DNA of 64,000 nt from the human T2T-CHM13v2.0 reference genome, Homo sapiens. Location of the stretch: the NCBI RefSeq assembly GCF_009914755.1, contig NC_060925.1; one strand, given 5' to 3'. The translations under genes and the position numbers were made by a program. The notes under the pieces are model-generated. The model worked only from the letters and a program-made list of their open reading frames with translations, did not search any database and was not told the origin of the DNA. Of this stretch, positions 1 through 13,326 are shown piece after piece (within the stretch, counting starts at the first letter, position 1; each line of letters starts with the position of its first letter).

Positions 1-309
1 TCCACCATCAGTAACTCCTTTTAACTCCAGTAGCAATTCAGCTTTGCTTTATTCCCCATTCATTCAATTTTTCCGTGGTCCTTCTTAAGTCCTCCTTACT
101 TGGCCTTAAGCTGATCAAAAGAGAGATTTCCATTGTATATCAAAGAAAAGTTTAAAATACTTACCCTGTGGTAAGTACTTATCTCTCCCATTCCAGAGAG
201 AAAGTGGCCATAGACAATATGGACATGAACAAGAGTGGTCGTGTAGCAATAAAACTTCACAAAAACAGGCAAAGGGTGCATTTTACCTGAGCCCAGCTCT
301 AGAGAGACT

Positions 310-998
310 TTATGATCTTCTCCATCACACATCTTCACCCTGGTCCAAACTACCTTTATTCCTTGGGAACGTAACAATAGTTTTCTAATTATTCTCCTTC
401 TGCTTCCATTCTTATCAGCCTCTAATCCTTTCTTCCCACAGCAAAATGAACTTTAAAACATATGTCAGAACATGTCCCTCCCATGTTAAAACCCTTCTGT
501 AGGTTTCCTTTTCAGAAAGCTTTGGATATTCTGCCATCACCTCCCCTCCCCTTGCAGTCCCTATCTTCATCTCTTATTGCTATTCTCTTGGTGCCTCTGT
601 CACATTGCCTTTCTTTCAATCCCTAAAACACTCCAACTTCTTTTCTATCTCTGGGCTTCCCATAGGTGGGGCTCTGCCAAAAAGACTCCTCTCCCTCCTT
701 TGCCTGGATAGCCCTGCTCCTGTTTTAAGTTCTAGAATTGGTGTCATGTCCTAGACTGGCTCCAAACTGAATTTCATCTTCTTTGTTATTCTCTCATATG
801 GCAGCTTGCTTTTTTTTTTTAAAGCACTTTGTGTAATTTGTAATTATAAGTATACCTTTGTTTGTTGGCCACCTGTCTCCACTAATGTAGTAAGCTCTGT
901 GACAACAGAGGCCATGCAGTTTGCCACCATGGACTCGGTGTCCAGAGCAGTGTTGGCACAGGGTAGGCCCAGGGTCTTGATTTTTGATAAATGAATAA
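310..998 (+). mobile_element. L2 (LINE-2) 3' fragment
   Basis: Degenerate L2 3' motifs (ccttcttcccacagc...aaaacatatgtcaga...; cagtgttggcacagggtagg...gataaatgaat at the end). Boundaries approximate. Confidence 0.6.
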
Positions 999-1201
999 TT
1001 GGGCAAATGTGTAAATCAGGTGATTGTGTGTGATGGGAAAAGGATTCTTTGGGTAGAAACACAACAGGGTGCAAAGTCAACACCAGATCAGTTGCAGATT
1101 GTTTTGTGGGAAATGAATGATTCAACAAGAAAAGCTAAGTAAAGACTGAGGTAGGGGCTGGGTAAGAACAAAGGAGTTAGTAGGCAGCAAGTGTATTCAC
1201 G

Positions 1202-1585
1202 TGCTATGGACTGAATGTGTCTCCGCAAAAAAAGTGTGTTAAAATCTCACACCTCAATGTGATGGCGTTAGGAGGTGGGGCCACTGCCAGGTGATTAGGA
1301 TGTGAGGATTGAGCTCTCCTGAATGATATCAGTGCCTTTTAAGAAGAAACACTAGAGAGCTTCCTCTTCTCTTTCTCTCTCCCTCCCCGCTGCACCCCCC
1401 TCCACGATGTAAGGATACAAGAAGACAGCCATCTGTAAAAACCAGAAAAAAGGACTTCAACAAGAACCCAACCATACTGGAACCCTAGTGTTGAACTTCC
1501 AACCTCCAGAACTATGAGAAAAAAAAGTTTGTTATTTAAGCCACCCAGTCTATGGCACTCTGTTATAGCAGCCTGAACTAAGACA
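1202..1585 (+). mobile_element. MLT1A-type MaLR solo LTR
   Basis: Starts tgctatggactgaatgtg, ends tttaagccacccagtctatggcactctgttatagcagcctgaactaagaca, with TG...CA termini. Confidence 0.85.
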
Positions 1586-1924
1586 GTGAGAGACAGAAGA
1601 CCCTTGAAGGCAGAAACCAGATTTCTTTGTTTCTTTTCGTGTCAGTGCATGACAGGATACTCCATAAATCCCAGTGTAAACTCAGAAAATGAAAAGAAAA
1701 AGTACTTGATTAAAGGATGAAAGCTTAGAGAGGGTTTTGGGGGGCTCCCGTACAGTTTTAAGGTTCAAAGACAAACACATTAGGAGTCAGGGGACATTCT
1801 ACTTGGTTAAGTACTAAAGAGAATGGAAAATTAGAAAAAAGAATATGATTGATTCCTTAGGGTAATAGAGATAGAAGATTTGGTTAGTGGAAGTATGGTA
1901 GAGAAAGGAATGAAAGACAGAGCT

Positions 1925-2365
1925 AATTATTTCCCAGTATTCCTTCTTTCTTTCTTCTTTTTAGTAATAGAATCTCAAACCTTTACTTGAGAACACAAAT
2001 TTTTGTGATACCCCATATTTTCCAGTCTGCTTTGCAGTTAGATATGCCATGTTCCTAAGTTTTGGACAATATATGTGAGTGGAAGTGAAGCATGCATCAC
2101 CTGAATCTTTACAATGTAACAAGTTTCCCTCTACTCTGCCTTTCCTTCTTTCTGTTCCACTACTGAGTGTGGTGACATCTGGAGTAGCCACCTTGACCCT
2201 AACATAGAAGCCTCATGTTGACGATGGAAACACTGGAGCAACAAGCCTTGGTCCCCGTGTGACTCTGTGGAGCAGAGCTGCCTGTCCACCCTGTGCCTCC
2301 CACTAAGTTTCTGCCTTATTTAATCTCATGTATTTAAGGTTAGAGCAGGTTAGCCTATTACATAG
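1925..2365 (+). mobile_element. MLT1J-like MaLR LTR
   Basis: tttgcagttagatatgccatg...taagttttggacaat...gtggaagtga...gcagagctgcc motifs typical of MLT1J/K. Confidence 0.6.
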
Positions 2366-3720
2366 CTAAAGCAGTGTGGTAGAGCTAGAAAAAAAAGTGC
2401 CCTTCTCAGGAGCCATGTAACAAAACTCCCTGGGCCACGAAAGACTGAGAATGTGGTACTAAGTCAATAAACTCAGTTCCAATTTATCTGTCAAACTGGA
2501 TAACAGTTATTCTAAAGGGGTGTGATTGGTAGATCTTTAGATTAGTAGACCTCTCCACAGTAAGTTCTTATAACTCTAAACATATGGTGAAAATGGATTA
2601 ATCTTACTGATGACTCATTCCCTGGATGGATATAGAAGGACTAGGATTGGGCTGAGGATGTGAAAAGATAGCAAAAAGAGGACAGTTTCTTCAGTGATTG
2701 TGACGAGTGTCTGCCTGGCATTTGTGGATTGCTCTATGTGTGCATTCTATCTGCTCATCTAGGTTTTAAGTTTCCTGAGAGGATGTTTAGGTCATATTTA
2801 TGTCCTCCATGACATGAAACCCAGTGTTCTGCACATGGTAAGTGCTCAGCAAAAAATTTCTGACTGAATGATTAACCGAAAGTTATTTTCCTCTGTCATG
2901 AACACTTCCTTGTTTCCTGTGCTAACCTCACCCCTCTTCTAGCCAAACTATTCTGACATAACCCTAAAAGTAGCAGAAACAGGCACCCAGTAGTTCAGGA
3001 AACCCTGGGACTTCCCGGCAAGCTAAAAGCCAAACTAGATTATTGGTATGAATTTGAAAACCAAGAACCTCCAAGGCTTTAGAAATAGAAAAGGATTGAA
3101 TTTGCATCAGTATCTGTCCCAAACTGTCTCTTGTGAAGAGGGAGAAATGAATGTCAGAGTAGGTAAGACGAGACCCAGAGACCAAGAGATAGAGAACAAG
3201 AGGTGGACTGAGAACAGCATATTCCAATTCCCTGAGCTGTCAATCCAACACCTTTCACCCCACATCAAATTCTCTTCCAATTTCTCCTGTTAAATTGCAA
3301 TCCAAAACACACTGCAGATGTGATATCATTTTCCCTGATAACTGGACCCTCTGAGTTAATGACTTTCCTTCCTTCCAGTGGGGAAACAATTTCATTTTGC
3401 TTAATGTAATTATTGTAGTCTTTTTCTGTTCACCACTCTGACCCAAGGAGGCCCAGTTTCAGAGGAGCTCAGCTTCTCCTCTCCAGCTGCACGTGGAAAC
3501 ATTATTATTACTATAAGTCTACATTGTGAATTGTGGCACAACAGTCCACCTCAGCCTAGCCGATGACCTCTCATTGACAATAACCAGGGCTGGCCAGGAG
3601 ACAAAACTGGTCGGTATGAAGGAGAGGTGTGTGCCTCAGAGGAAAATACAGACAAACTGCTTATGTTCTATGTTGTAACGTGGTTCACCCACAATTAAGT
3701 TCCCTGGTCTAGGGACAGAG

Positions 3721-3845
3721 TCTGGGAAATGTGAGTAGCTTGATTCTGTCATTTACCTTTCCCTGAGCCACAGGTGGGCTCTGGGAAATAGGAGTAGCTT
3801 GGTTCTGTCATTTACCTTTCCCTGAGCCACAGGTGGGCTCTGGGA
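3721..3845. repeat. 59-bp tandem duplication
   Basis: 3721-3779 and 3780-3838 differ at about 4 positions, followed by a third tctggga (3839-3845). Confidence 0.95.
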
Positions 3846-5577
3846 CCCTCTTTTCCTTCAGCGCTCCGTACTTCTATCCAGAGGAAATTTAAAGCAGACA
3901 AGGGTTAGCAGCGCTGAGCCCCAGCAGCCTTGAAACAATTGAATGGAGACTACTGAGCTCTGTGAAAGATGTGTCGGGCTCCTGCGAGGAGCTCCCTGAA
4001 ACTAGAGGCAGCCACCTCAGCTTCACTGCTGACTCAGGCGAAGGCTTAGCGCTTGCACCAACATAGTTGATGAATGGGAGTGAGGCTAATTTGGTGTCAT
4101 TTGTTTCCCATTTCCAAGCCCTCATTAAAATAATCTGCTCTGATTGTCTAGGGAAGTTATTTTTTGCACTTCCTTTCCCTTCACTTTACAATTTCACAGG
4201 CAGCAGATTTCTGTGTGGAGGGGTCCAGTCAGCTCTGAGGAGAGATGGGGGAGGATAGGAGGGGCTCAGGAATTGCTGGGAGCACAGCCAGACCTCTTGG
4301 CAGCCAGTGAGGTGGGAATCCCAGACCCTCCACTGTCCCCTGGACTGGATCCCTGACAAGCACTGGATTCCTGGTATTGAGGGATTCCACCTCCCTGGGA
4401 AATTCCTTTGATTAGAGAGTAAAAATAAAGGGAAATCTTGGTTCTGGTTAGCATATTTCAAAAAGGGTTCTCCGAGGAGGAAATGAAGCATCCCAAAATA
4501 GAATTCAGAGCTTCCATTCTCTCAGTCACCCATACGTGATATAGTTTAGCACACGCTGAGATGGTGAAGGGAATGACTGTCCATTTACTCAACTCTTGCT
4601 GAGCACTTGCTATGAGACAGGCAGTGTCCAAGATGATAGGGACACAGAGATGAGTGGAACACAGGGCCTATCTCCTTTTCTATCTCAGAGTGTATTCTTG
4701 CTCATCTATCTCCATTAATTCAGAATACTTGTCTCTGCTAACAGGCCCGCATTGCCATCTTCACACCCTTTTTGGGGATCCAAGTAATTTCCTGCAGGCT
4801 TTGTCTTGACTCACATCTCTGGCCCTCATCATTTTCTTGCCCTTGGGTAGAAATGCTTTGGTTTAGATTTTACTGTTCCAAAGCCAGTCTCTGACTTCTG
4901 CTTTTGGCTAGAGCCCAACCAGGCCAGCCCCAGCCCCAGTCCCATTGAGGGTAGCCCTTGAGTAGCAGCCCTAGAAAGTATTACATTCAGCTGGGGAGAC
5001 AGAATGCCCACGTTTGCATAGATCATTGAAACTGACTGGACAGCACATGCCAGAAGTCTAATGCAGGGCTCTTTCCTGTACTCGCAGTCAGATGTTTGTT
5101 CCTGGCCACTCTCTCCGAGTCACAGATGCAGCAGAATCGCCCAGGGTCTCCTGCCCCAGCCAGATTTCCCAGAACCATAGCAGCAATCTCCTTCATTTGG
5201 CTTCTGTTTAAACCAGTAATAGGATTTACCCTTGGTTTGCATAACAGAAGAAGAGTTCTTTATTTTTTCTACTATTTATTATGACATATAAATTATGATA
5301 ATACTGGTTAAACTATTTTTTATTACTCTAAATTGTCACTTACTATTTGCCAGGCTGTATGCAAGGCAATGAAACACTAAAGTCAACAAGGTACAATCAC
5401 TGCCCTCAAGGAATCTATTAAAAAATGGGCCAAATAGCCCCTTTGGTTTCTGACTGTAAAGGAAGAGTCCTTTACATACAGGGTAGATATTCATGAAAAT
5501 GTCTTCCTCCTGTAACATCTTTTTTTTTTCATTCTGGTGTCTGAATATCATTGACTCACTCCTGCCTCTTTTCCCCA

Positions 5578-5645
5578 CTCCCTCCCCCAGCAGCTCCCTC
5601 CCCCAGCAGCTCCCTCCCCCAGCAGCTCCCTCCCCCAGCAGCTCT
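5578..5645. repeat. 16-bp minisatellite (ctccctcccccagcag)x4
   Basis: Four perfect units read directly. Confidence 0.95.
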
Positions 5646-6252
5646 CTCTTATCCCAAAGCAGGGATGCCTCTTGCGTTCAAGTGTATTACATGGTCTTCA
5701 GGCACTTCATGTTTCTACAATCAACATATTTTAAAGTCTTGGGAAAGGTTTTTAATTGGCTGAAATGCTGATTGCCATAACAACTGGCTAATGAACCATC
5801 TGGTAGCACATGCAATATTTATTTATGAATTAAACAGCTAGGCACTATGAAGTCTAGTTTCCTCTCAAGGACAGCATGGGGGCCATCTTTGGAGAATGCA
5901 AGTTCTCTGCAGGGGTTTGCTTAATGGATCTCCAAAAAGTCAAGAGAAGGGAAATGATGCTTCATTTCAGGGCAGGTGTGTATTCATGTTGAGAGGAAAA
6001 CAGCAGAGTCATGGGCAATGGGCAGGAAATCCAGAGAGGAGAGGACAGAGCAGGGTTCCAAGAACTAGGAAGTGACCCTCCCTATCTTTTGCCCCTTAAG
6101 ATGTAAAAAACTCTCAACAGTAATTTACAGCTAATTTGTTCTTCCTAAATTTAAGTAAATTTCCCATTCTAGCTGTGACTGTCAGACATTGAATGTATGG
6201 CAAAAAAGTTTTTATTTCCAACTGATGCCAGTCACTATGACTCTCGAATCTA

Positions 6253-6428
6253 AGGGTTTACTTTTAGGGGATCAGAAACCTTTTGAATATCTAATTCAAG
6301 CTATGGACCTTTCCTAGAAAAATAAATATATTCATATTCACACAAAATATAATTGCAATATCGGGGCCCATACCCAATTGCCTACACCCCAATCTCAGGA
6401 TTTGAAAATTCCAGGTTCAGATCCTGGG
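6253..6428. mobile_element. MER103-like hAT DNA transposon relic
   Basis: gaatatctaattcaagctatggacctttcctagaaaaataaatatat resembles the MER103C core. Confidence 0.5.
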
Positions 6429-6939
6429 TCACCCCCATGAGTGTTTTAAATATCCACAGGTAATTTAATGACAAGGTGAGCACTTTTTTTTTCCCCATAG
6501 TCACTAGATGAACTATTCCAAGATGAATTTAGCAAATATGAAAGTCTAGCACCATGATTGGATCAAAAGGCGATTTCGGTAAAGATTAGCATTGACATTT
6601 GAAGGGGTCTTATAGGTAATACTTCTTTGTTTTCACCTGATTTTAAAGCAATTCAAGGACAGATTAGAGGCATGTAAATGGAGACCACAATGCCAGCTTT
6701 ATTATTTGTTAATATATTTATTGGAAAGTGTGACTTAGGCTTTCCAAGATTGAACCCCAGAATTAAATAGACTTGTCCTCATAAAGGGGGAAGACTGGTG
6801 TTAATAGTCAATGCAGTGTCAGGAAAAACTGAAAACTTTAACAGGATCTGGGCATGAGGAGAAACCTAGATCTAGGGCTTTGGGAGCTGACCAAAGAGAT
6901 TCTTAGAACAAAAGTTTAGGAAAATAAGTTGAGTACTCA

Positions 6940-6961
6940 AACACACACACACACACACACC
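6940..6961. repeat. (CA)n microsatellite
   Basis: About 11 units read directly. Confidence 0.9.
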
Positions 6962-7236
6962 ACAAAAACAAAAACAAAACACAACCGAAATCAGTGCACC
7001 AAGAAGATGGTAACAAACTACATAGGGCATCAGGGTCTCTCCCTTTTGTGCTGAGGTGGATTTTGACTGTGCATGGGTTTTGGAGCTGTTTGTTCATTGG
7101 TTTGTAGTTTTCTTTGCTCTAGGCAACACTTGCAAAGCATATAAACAAAAAGAGAAAAAAATCTCTATACTTGTTGGCTACCTTAAAAATTATCCTCCAG
7201 GCCCCCATGAAACTGGACAGCACAGGATTCTTCAGA

Positions 7237-7628
7237 CTCTTTCTTTACTTTCTTTCTTTTCCCCGCCTTCCTCCCTCCATTATTCCTCTCTCCAGTCCCT
7301 CCCTCCCTCCCTGCCCTCCTTCCTGTCTTTCTGTCTTTCTTTCTTTCTCTTTCTTTTTCTTTTCTCTCTTTCTTTTTCTTTCTTTTCTTTCTTTCTTTCT
7401 TTTTCTTTCTTTCTTCCTTTCTTCCTTTCTTTTCTTTCTCTTTCTCTTTTTTCCTTTCTTTCTTTTCTTTCTTTCTCTCTTCTTTCTTTTCTTTCTTTCT
7501 TTCTCTCCCCTCCCCTCCCATCCTCTCTTCCTTCCTTCCTTTTCTTTTCTTCTTTCTCTCTCATTCTCTCTCTTTCTTTCTTTCCTTCTTTGTTTCTCTC
7601 TTTCTTCTTTCCTTCTCTTTCTTTCTTC
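7237..7628. repeat. CT-rich low-complexity tract (TTTC/CTTC/CT)
   Basis: Almost purely pyrimidine on the + strand. Confidence 0.95.
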
Positions 7629-7910
7629 TTTTTTTTTTTTTTGACAGAGTCCGAGGCTGGAGTGCACTGGCATGATCTCAGCTCACTGCAACCTCTGCCT
7701 CCCAGGTTCAAGTAACTCTTGTGCCTCAGCGTCCCAAGTAGCTGGGATTACAGGTGCATGCCACCACACCTGGCTAATTTTTGTATTTTTAGTAGAGGTG
7801 GGTTTTCACCATGTTGGCCAGGCTGATCTCAAACTCCTGGCCTCATGTGACCCACCTACCTCGGCCTCCCAAAATGCTAGGATTACAGGTGTGAGCCAAT
7901 GCACCGAACC
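7629..7910 (-). mobile_element. AluS (Sx/Sz-like), with a small deletion near the 3' end
   Basis: Poly-T then gacagagt-ccgaggctggagtgc...gattacaggtgtgagcca; both arms present. Confidence 0.93.
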
Positions 7911-7914
7911 TGCG

Positions 7915-8250
7915 TCTTTCTTTCCTTTTTTCTTTCTTTCTCTTTATTTCTTTCCTTCTTTCTTTTCTCTTTCTTTCTCTCTTTCTTTCTCTCTTCCCTT
8001 TTTTCCTTCCCTCCCTCCCCTCTCCCTTCCCCTTCCCCCTCCCTCTCTCCCTCCCTCCTTTCTTTTCCTTCCTTCCTTCTTTCCTTCCTTTCTTTCCTTC
8101 CTTCTTTCCTTCCTTTCTTTCCTTCCTTCCTTCTTTCCTTCCTTTCTTCCCCCTTCCCTCCCTCCCTCCTTCCCCCTCCTTCTCTTTCTTCCTTTCTTTC
8201 TTTTTCTTTCTTCTTTCTTTCTTCCTTCTCTCTCTCTCCTTTCTTTCTTT

Positions 8251-8314
<64 letters not shown>

Positions 8315-8441
8315 TTCTTTCTTTTCTTTCTTTTCTTTTCTTTCTTCACTTGGTCTACCTGCCTGACAGCCTTCCTTTCTTGGTTCTTTCTTTTTCTTTC
8401 CTTCTTTCTTTTTTCTTTCTTTTCTCTCTCTCCCTCTTCCT
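7915..8441. repeat. CT-rich low-complexity tract including a (TTTC)n array
   Basis: Pyrimidine tract with a long perfect TTTC run at about 8243-8313. Confidence 0.95.
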
Positions 8442-8445
8442 ACAC

Positions 8446-8446
<1 letters not shown>

Positions 8447-8510
<64 letters not shown>
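8447..8510. repeat. (AC)32 microsatellite
   Basis: 64 bp of uninterrupted AC. Confidence 0.97.
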
Positions 8511-8513
<3 letters not shown>

Positions 8514-9898
8514 AGCAACAATAAAAAGAAGAAACAGGCAAATAAGATATCCTCCATCTGTCCCAGGGAGCCAGCCTCTTGCCCTGTGTAATTTTCCTCT
8601 TTGCTGTCATCAGAAACCTCTTCCTCGGCCCCTGAAGATTCACACATCTCATCTGTTAACTTATAGGCAATGTCAATAAAGATATGTAATTTCTTAGAGA
8701 ATCCTAGGCATTTGTACCTACCAATCAGCAGCTCCTCCATGAATTGAATGGAATGAGGCTTCAGTTTGATGGGAATCAGATATATTTTTAGTTTGTGGTG
8801 GGGGAAGGGGACTGAAGGGGGTAACCAGAGAAGAATGGAAAAAGCCCAACCCTATTTCATTAAATCTTCATGAATATGCAAAAGAGGAGTAATTGCCCTC
8901 TTCAAAAACTAATCATTCTGAATTTTACAAGCTGAATTATAAAACCTGACACACATATTTTTCTCTTTTATTATATTTGTAAGCACTACTCCTTCTGCAA
9001 AGAAAATCAAGTCCTATTTTTATCAGTTGCCTCCATCTCCCCTTTTTTTTGCTCCCGACCCTGTTTCTCCCTCCCTTTTGCTGAATGCTGCAGCATTGCC
9101 ATGTGTATTAATTGCCCTGTGAAATGCACTTGAAGTCATTAGAATTTCCCATTCAAAACTGTTATCTTGTGCCATTATGCCTTTGCATTATATTTATTTA
9201 AATGTGCCTCTTCTGAGTTAGCTCATTTTTAACAGCTAGCCATGCCTGAAATATTGTTCCCATCCAAGCTGCTCTCGTATCATTTTTCTCTCTTCTATGG
9301 AAGAGATGTCTGCACTCTACCCTTCTGCCTTGACAGGCACAGCTTTGTGGGAAGGCAGACGTTGGTTGTGTGTAACAGGCTTCCTTGAGAAGGAATCCCA
9401 AGCTCGGGATATTTCTGCAATGAGGGAACCCCAGGGTCTGGATTAGATATATCCTTCCCAAGAGCAGGTTGCCTATTATCTGTCATATTTGATCTTCATT
9501 TATTCTAGAGCATTGACTGAAGAAATGGAGAAATCAAACCCAAGCTTCTAGTATGTTCTTTGCCTTTTGCTCTGAAGAATGCAACAGCGATGCCAATTAT
9601 CACAGGTGTGACTTCCCAGGCACCATCCAATATCCACATGGTAATCTTACCTTGAGGAGAAGTAATGAATTAAATGGCCATGCAAATTCCCTCCCAGATG
9701 TGGGCTTCTTGGGGCTATAGGGAAATTCTGATATCACTTCTCTGACACTGAACTTTTTTTTTTCCCTACTAAGACTTTCCCTACTGTGAAAAGGAATAGC
9801 TGTTCCTATTTATCAAATGGACCTTTCTATTTTCACTTGTCTACTAGAGAATTGGCTTCCATTCCCATCTTCTCTCCAGTCAGAGGAGAAAACATACT

Positions 9899-10285
9899 TG
9901 ATATGGTTTCACTGTGTCCCCACCCAAATCTCTTCTTGAATTGTAGCTCCCAAATTTCCCACATGTTGTGGGAGGGACCAAGTGGGAGATAATTGAATCG
10001 TGGGAGATAATTGAATTGTAGGGGCAGTTTTCCCAGTATTGTTCTTGTGGTAGTGAATAAGTCTGAGAAGATCTGATGGTTTTATAAGAGGTTTCCCCTT
10101 TCCCTTGGCTCTCATTCCCTCTCATCTTCTGCCATGTAAGACATGCCTTTCACCTTCCACCATGATTGTGAGGCCTCCCCAGTTATGTGGAACTGTTAGT
10201 CCATTAAGCCTCTTTTTTTTTTTTTTAAATAAATTACCCAGTCTCAGGTATGTTTTTACCAGCAGCATGAGAACAGACTGATACA
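9899..10285 (+). mobile_element. THE1 (THE1C/D-like) solo LTR with 5-bp TSD ATACT
   Basis: tgatatggttt...cccacccaaatctc...ccttccaccatgattgtgaggcctcccc...acagactgataca; ATACT at 9894-9898 and 10286-10290. Confidence 0.95.
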
Positions 10286-12575
10286 ATACTTTATTCAATA
10301 ACTGAGCTTAGAAAGTATTATTCTTACATGTTTGTACCCCAGAAAGAATTCCACTGGGTAGCTTTTGCTGCTAAGCTCATGGGATCTCTATGTCACATCT
10401 GTGTAAAGCATGAAACCAATAACACAGCATCTCCCTAAGTGTGGTCTCACAGAGTTCTTATTTTACCCTTATTATAACATTTTACTTATGAGAAAATTGG
10501 AATAAAGAGACTTGACTAAAGTTTACTATCTAGTGAGTGGTGGAGAATGAATTTGAGCTCAGGTTCATTCTGGATTCTTTTTTCTTTCTATGACACCAAG
10601 CTGCCAACAGTAGAAATAAAATCAATGTGTAGACATAAATAGTTGGTAGAGAAAATCAAGAACAACATTATGATTGGGTTGGTCAGAAGTTTGACCTGGA
10701 GATTAGGAGGAGTGCTTTATGATATGAGGAGCAGGATAAATAAGTTTATCCTTCTGTAAAAAACAGAAAGTTGAGACCTCAGCACTCTTAGGATTCTTGC
10801 AAGGCTTCAATAAGGTAAGTTTAGGCAAAAGCTTTTGTGAGCTATGATGAAAGCTGCACGTGTGCAGAAATGTTAACCTTTTTGTTCACTGATGAATCCC
10901 AAGTACCTAGAATGTTGTCTGGGTAAATTCTTTTAAAAAGTCTTCAGTTGAATGAGTATGTGACATTATTATTATTGTCAGTACCCTTGGAGGTTCCCTT
11001 GATGTTATTATTAGTAAAGCATCAGACACCTGAGCTGGGAGTCTCAAAATCTAAGGGACTAGTCAGCCTACCAACATCACTGTCTGTGAACCAGCTCTGA
11101 ACACCTCTTGCCTACGTGCAATAGAGAGACCTGGCAGACGAGGGGACTCTGTAATTACTCTAGGGTACTTAAGACTAATGAACAGGTAAGGCCAGCACAA
11201 ATAAAGGTGTTAAGATATATGTTGGCCTTCCATTAACCCATTCGATCTCTCACATCAGTCAGTCTAATTAGACAGTGGAGACTTGTGCCAGTGGAGACTT
11301 ATACTTCCTGAATTCTAAGAAGAAAAGGAAGTAACTGGGAATTGAGGAGTGCAGGGAATTGATTGAAATTCCCCTATGAAAAAGGCACCAGGCATCCTAC
11401 GTGAACCTTTGCACATAGGCTCTGGGTTAGGGTTGGGCATCATAGTGGTTGTCTGCCTGCCCCATGGTGTTATAAGCAGGCTGGGGCATAGGAAAATGAG
11501 GTTGAGAATATACTGCATGTTGTAGTTGGTGTACCTCATAACCTCAATACTGACAGAAACTACCATACAGTCTAGTTCTGTCTCTTGGATTTCTTTTTTC
11601 TTGTTAGGGAATGATAAGAGAAAATACCTTGTGGAGGTTACATCTGGCTTGATTTCCTCCTAAGGACTCATCTGGCACAACTAGCAGCCTCTTGCTGAAA
11701 GGAGAAATATCCCTTCCTAACTTTCATGTGGAGGACCTCAGCACATCCACAGTAGAGAGCTCAGGAAAGATGCTGTGTTGGTCCTGAGAGGTTTGCACCC
11801 CCATCTGGCTTGAATCTCTGAAAACTTCCTGTCCAGCCCTATCCCTTAGGAAAATAGAGAGGGCTTTCTCTTATAAATATATTTTTTAAACAAGTAACAT
11901 CCAGAAAAAGCAAACCCATCCTTCGCTTGCTATGTCAGCCCACAAGTCAAGACCTCCATCAACAATGCCTTCTTTCTAAAACAACCAAACCACAGAAGAT
12001 TGCTTCTCTTTCAGAGGATGTCCTGTGATTGTGTAAGCGGCTAAAGGCTGCTGTACTTGAACGTCCAAGTACCAAGAGATGTAGCAGGGAGGGATGACAG
12101 GCAGCTTGGGCTAGGGTAGGAGTAGGTGAGGCAATACCTGAGAAATTCTGTGAGAAATTGGAGCCTCTGTAGAGAGGGTGTGGCTGAGGGAGTGGATGGG
12201 GTAGAACGCGTTTTTACTTTTCAAACACTTTTTAAAAAATTCTACTGTCAGATGACCCTATTCATTAATTCATTTTCTCCCTGAAGACTATTGAATATTT
12301 AAGCCAGGAACCTGAGATGTACCCAGCGATTTCATATCAGGTTATATCCGGCTTAATTTCCTCTTACAAGGACTCTTCTGACACAACCAGCAGCCTCTTC
12401 CGTATTCCTGGATGGCCCCATCGTTCACTGCCACAGGGACCCAGCAACCCCCTCCTCTCTGCAGCCAGTCCATATCAAGCCGACTTCTTTTCTTCCCACC
12501 GAGAAGATTTGTTATTCTCATGTACGGAGAGGGAATTTAGAGATGAATTTGCAGGTGGAAGAAACTCTCTCCTGA

Positions 12576-13140
<565 letters not shown>

Positions 13141-13290
13141 ATTCGTGCTGGCTGGAGGCAGATGTCTTGACAGAAAATCTCTGGAGGTTGCTCCCAATAT
13201 AAACATTCTATGATTCTTCCGGCCATTTAGTCAGAGTGGAGACAAATGGCTGCAGCTGCTACCCTTAGCAACCGGCCTTCTTCGCTGTAG

Positions 13291-13326
13291 GCTGCTGTTT
13301 GTCACAGTGACCACTAGGTGTCACCT
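13291..13326 (+). promoter_or_regulatory. Candidate CTCF site (core plus upstream motif)
   Basis: Core CCACTAGGTGTCAC at 13311-13324; TGCTGT 12 bp upstream resembles the zinc-finger 9-11 motif. Motif match only. Confidence 0.45.

Noticed and set aside
5578-5645. Possible PRDM9 CCNCCNTNNCCNC hotspot motif in the minisatellite
   Set aside because: The best register I found mismatches the first and last positions.
7056-8740. Cluster of long ORFs (up to 335 aa) on both strands
   Set aside because: Translations are F/L/S/P or K/E/R runs from CT/GA microsatellites plus antisense Alu; stop-free by composition, not genes.
11040-11192. Possible lncRNA exon ending at CAG/GTAAGG donor
   Set aside because: Isolated splice-like motif with no transcript evidence available from sequence alone.
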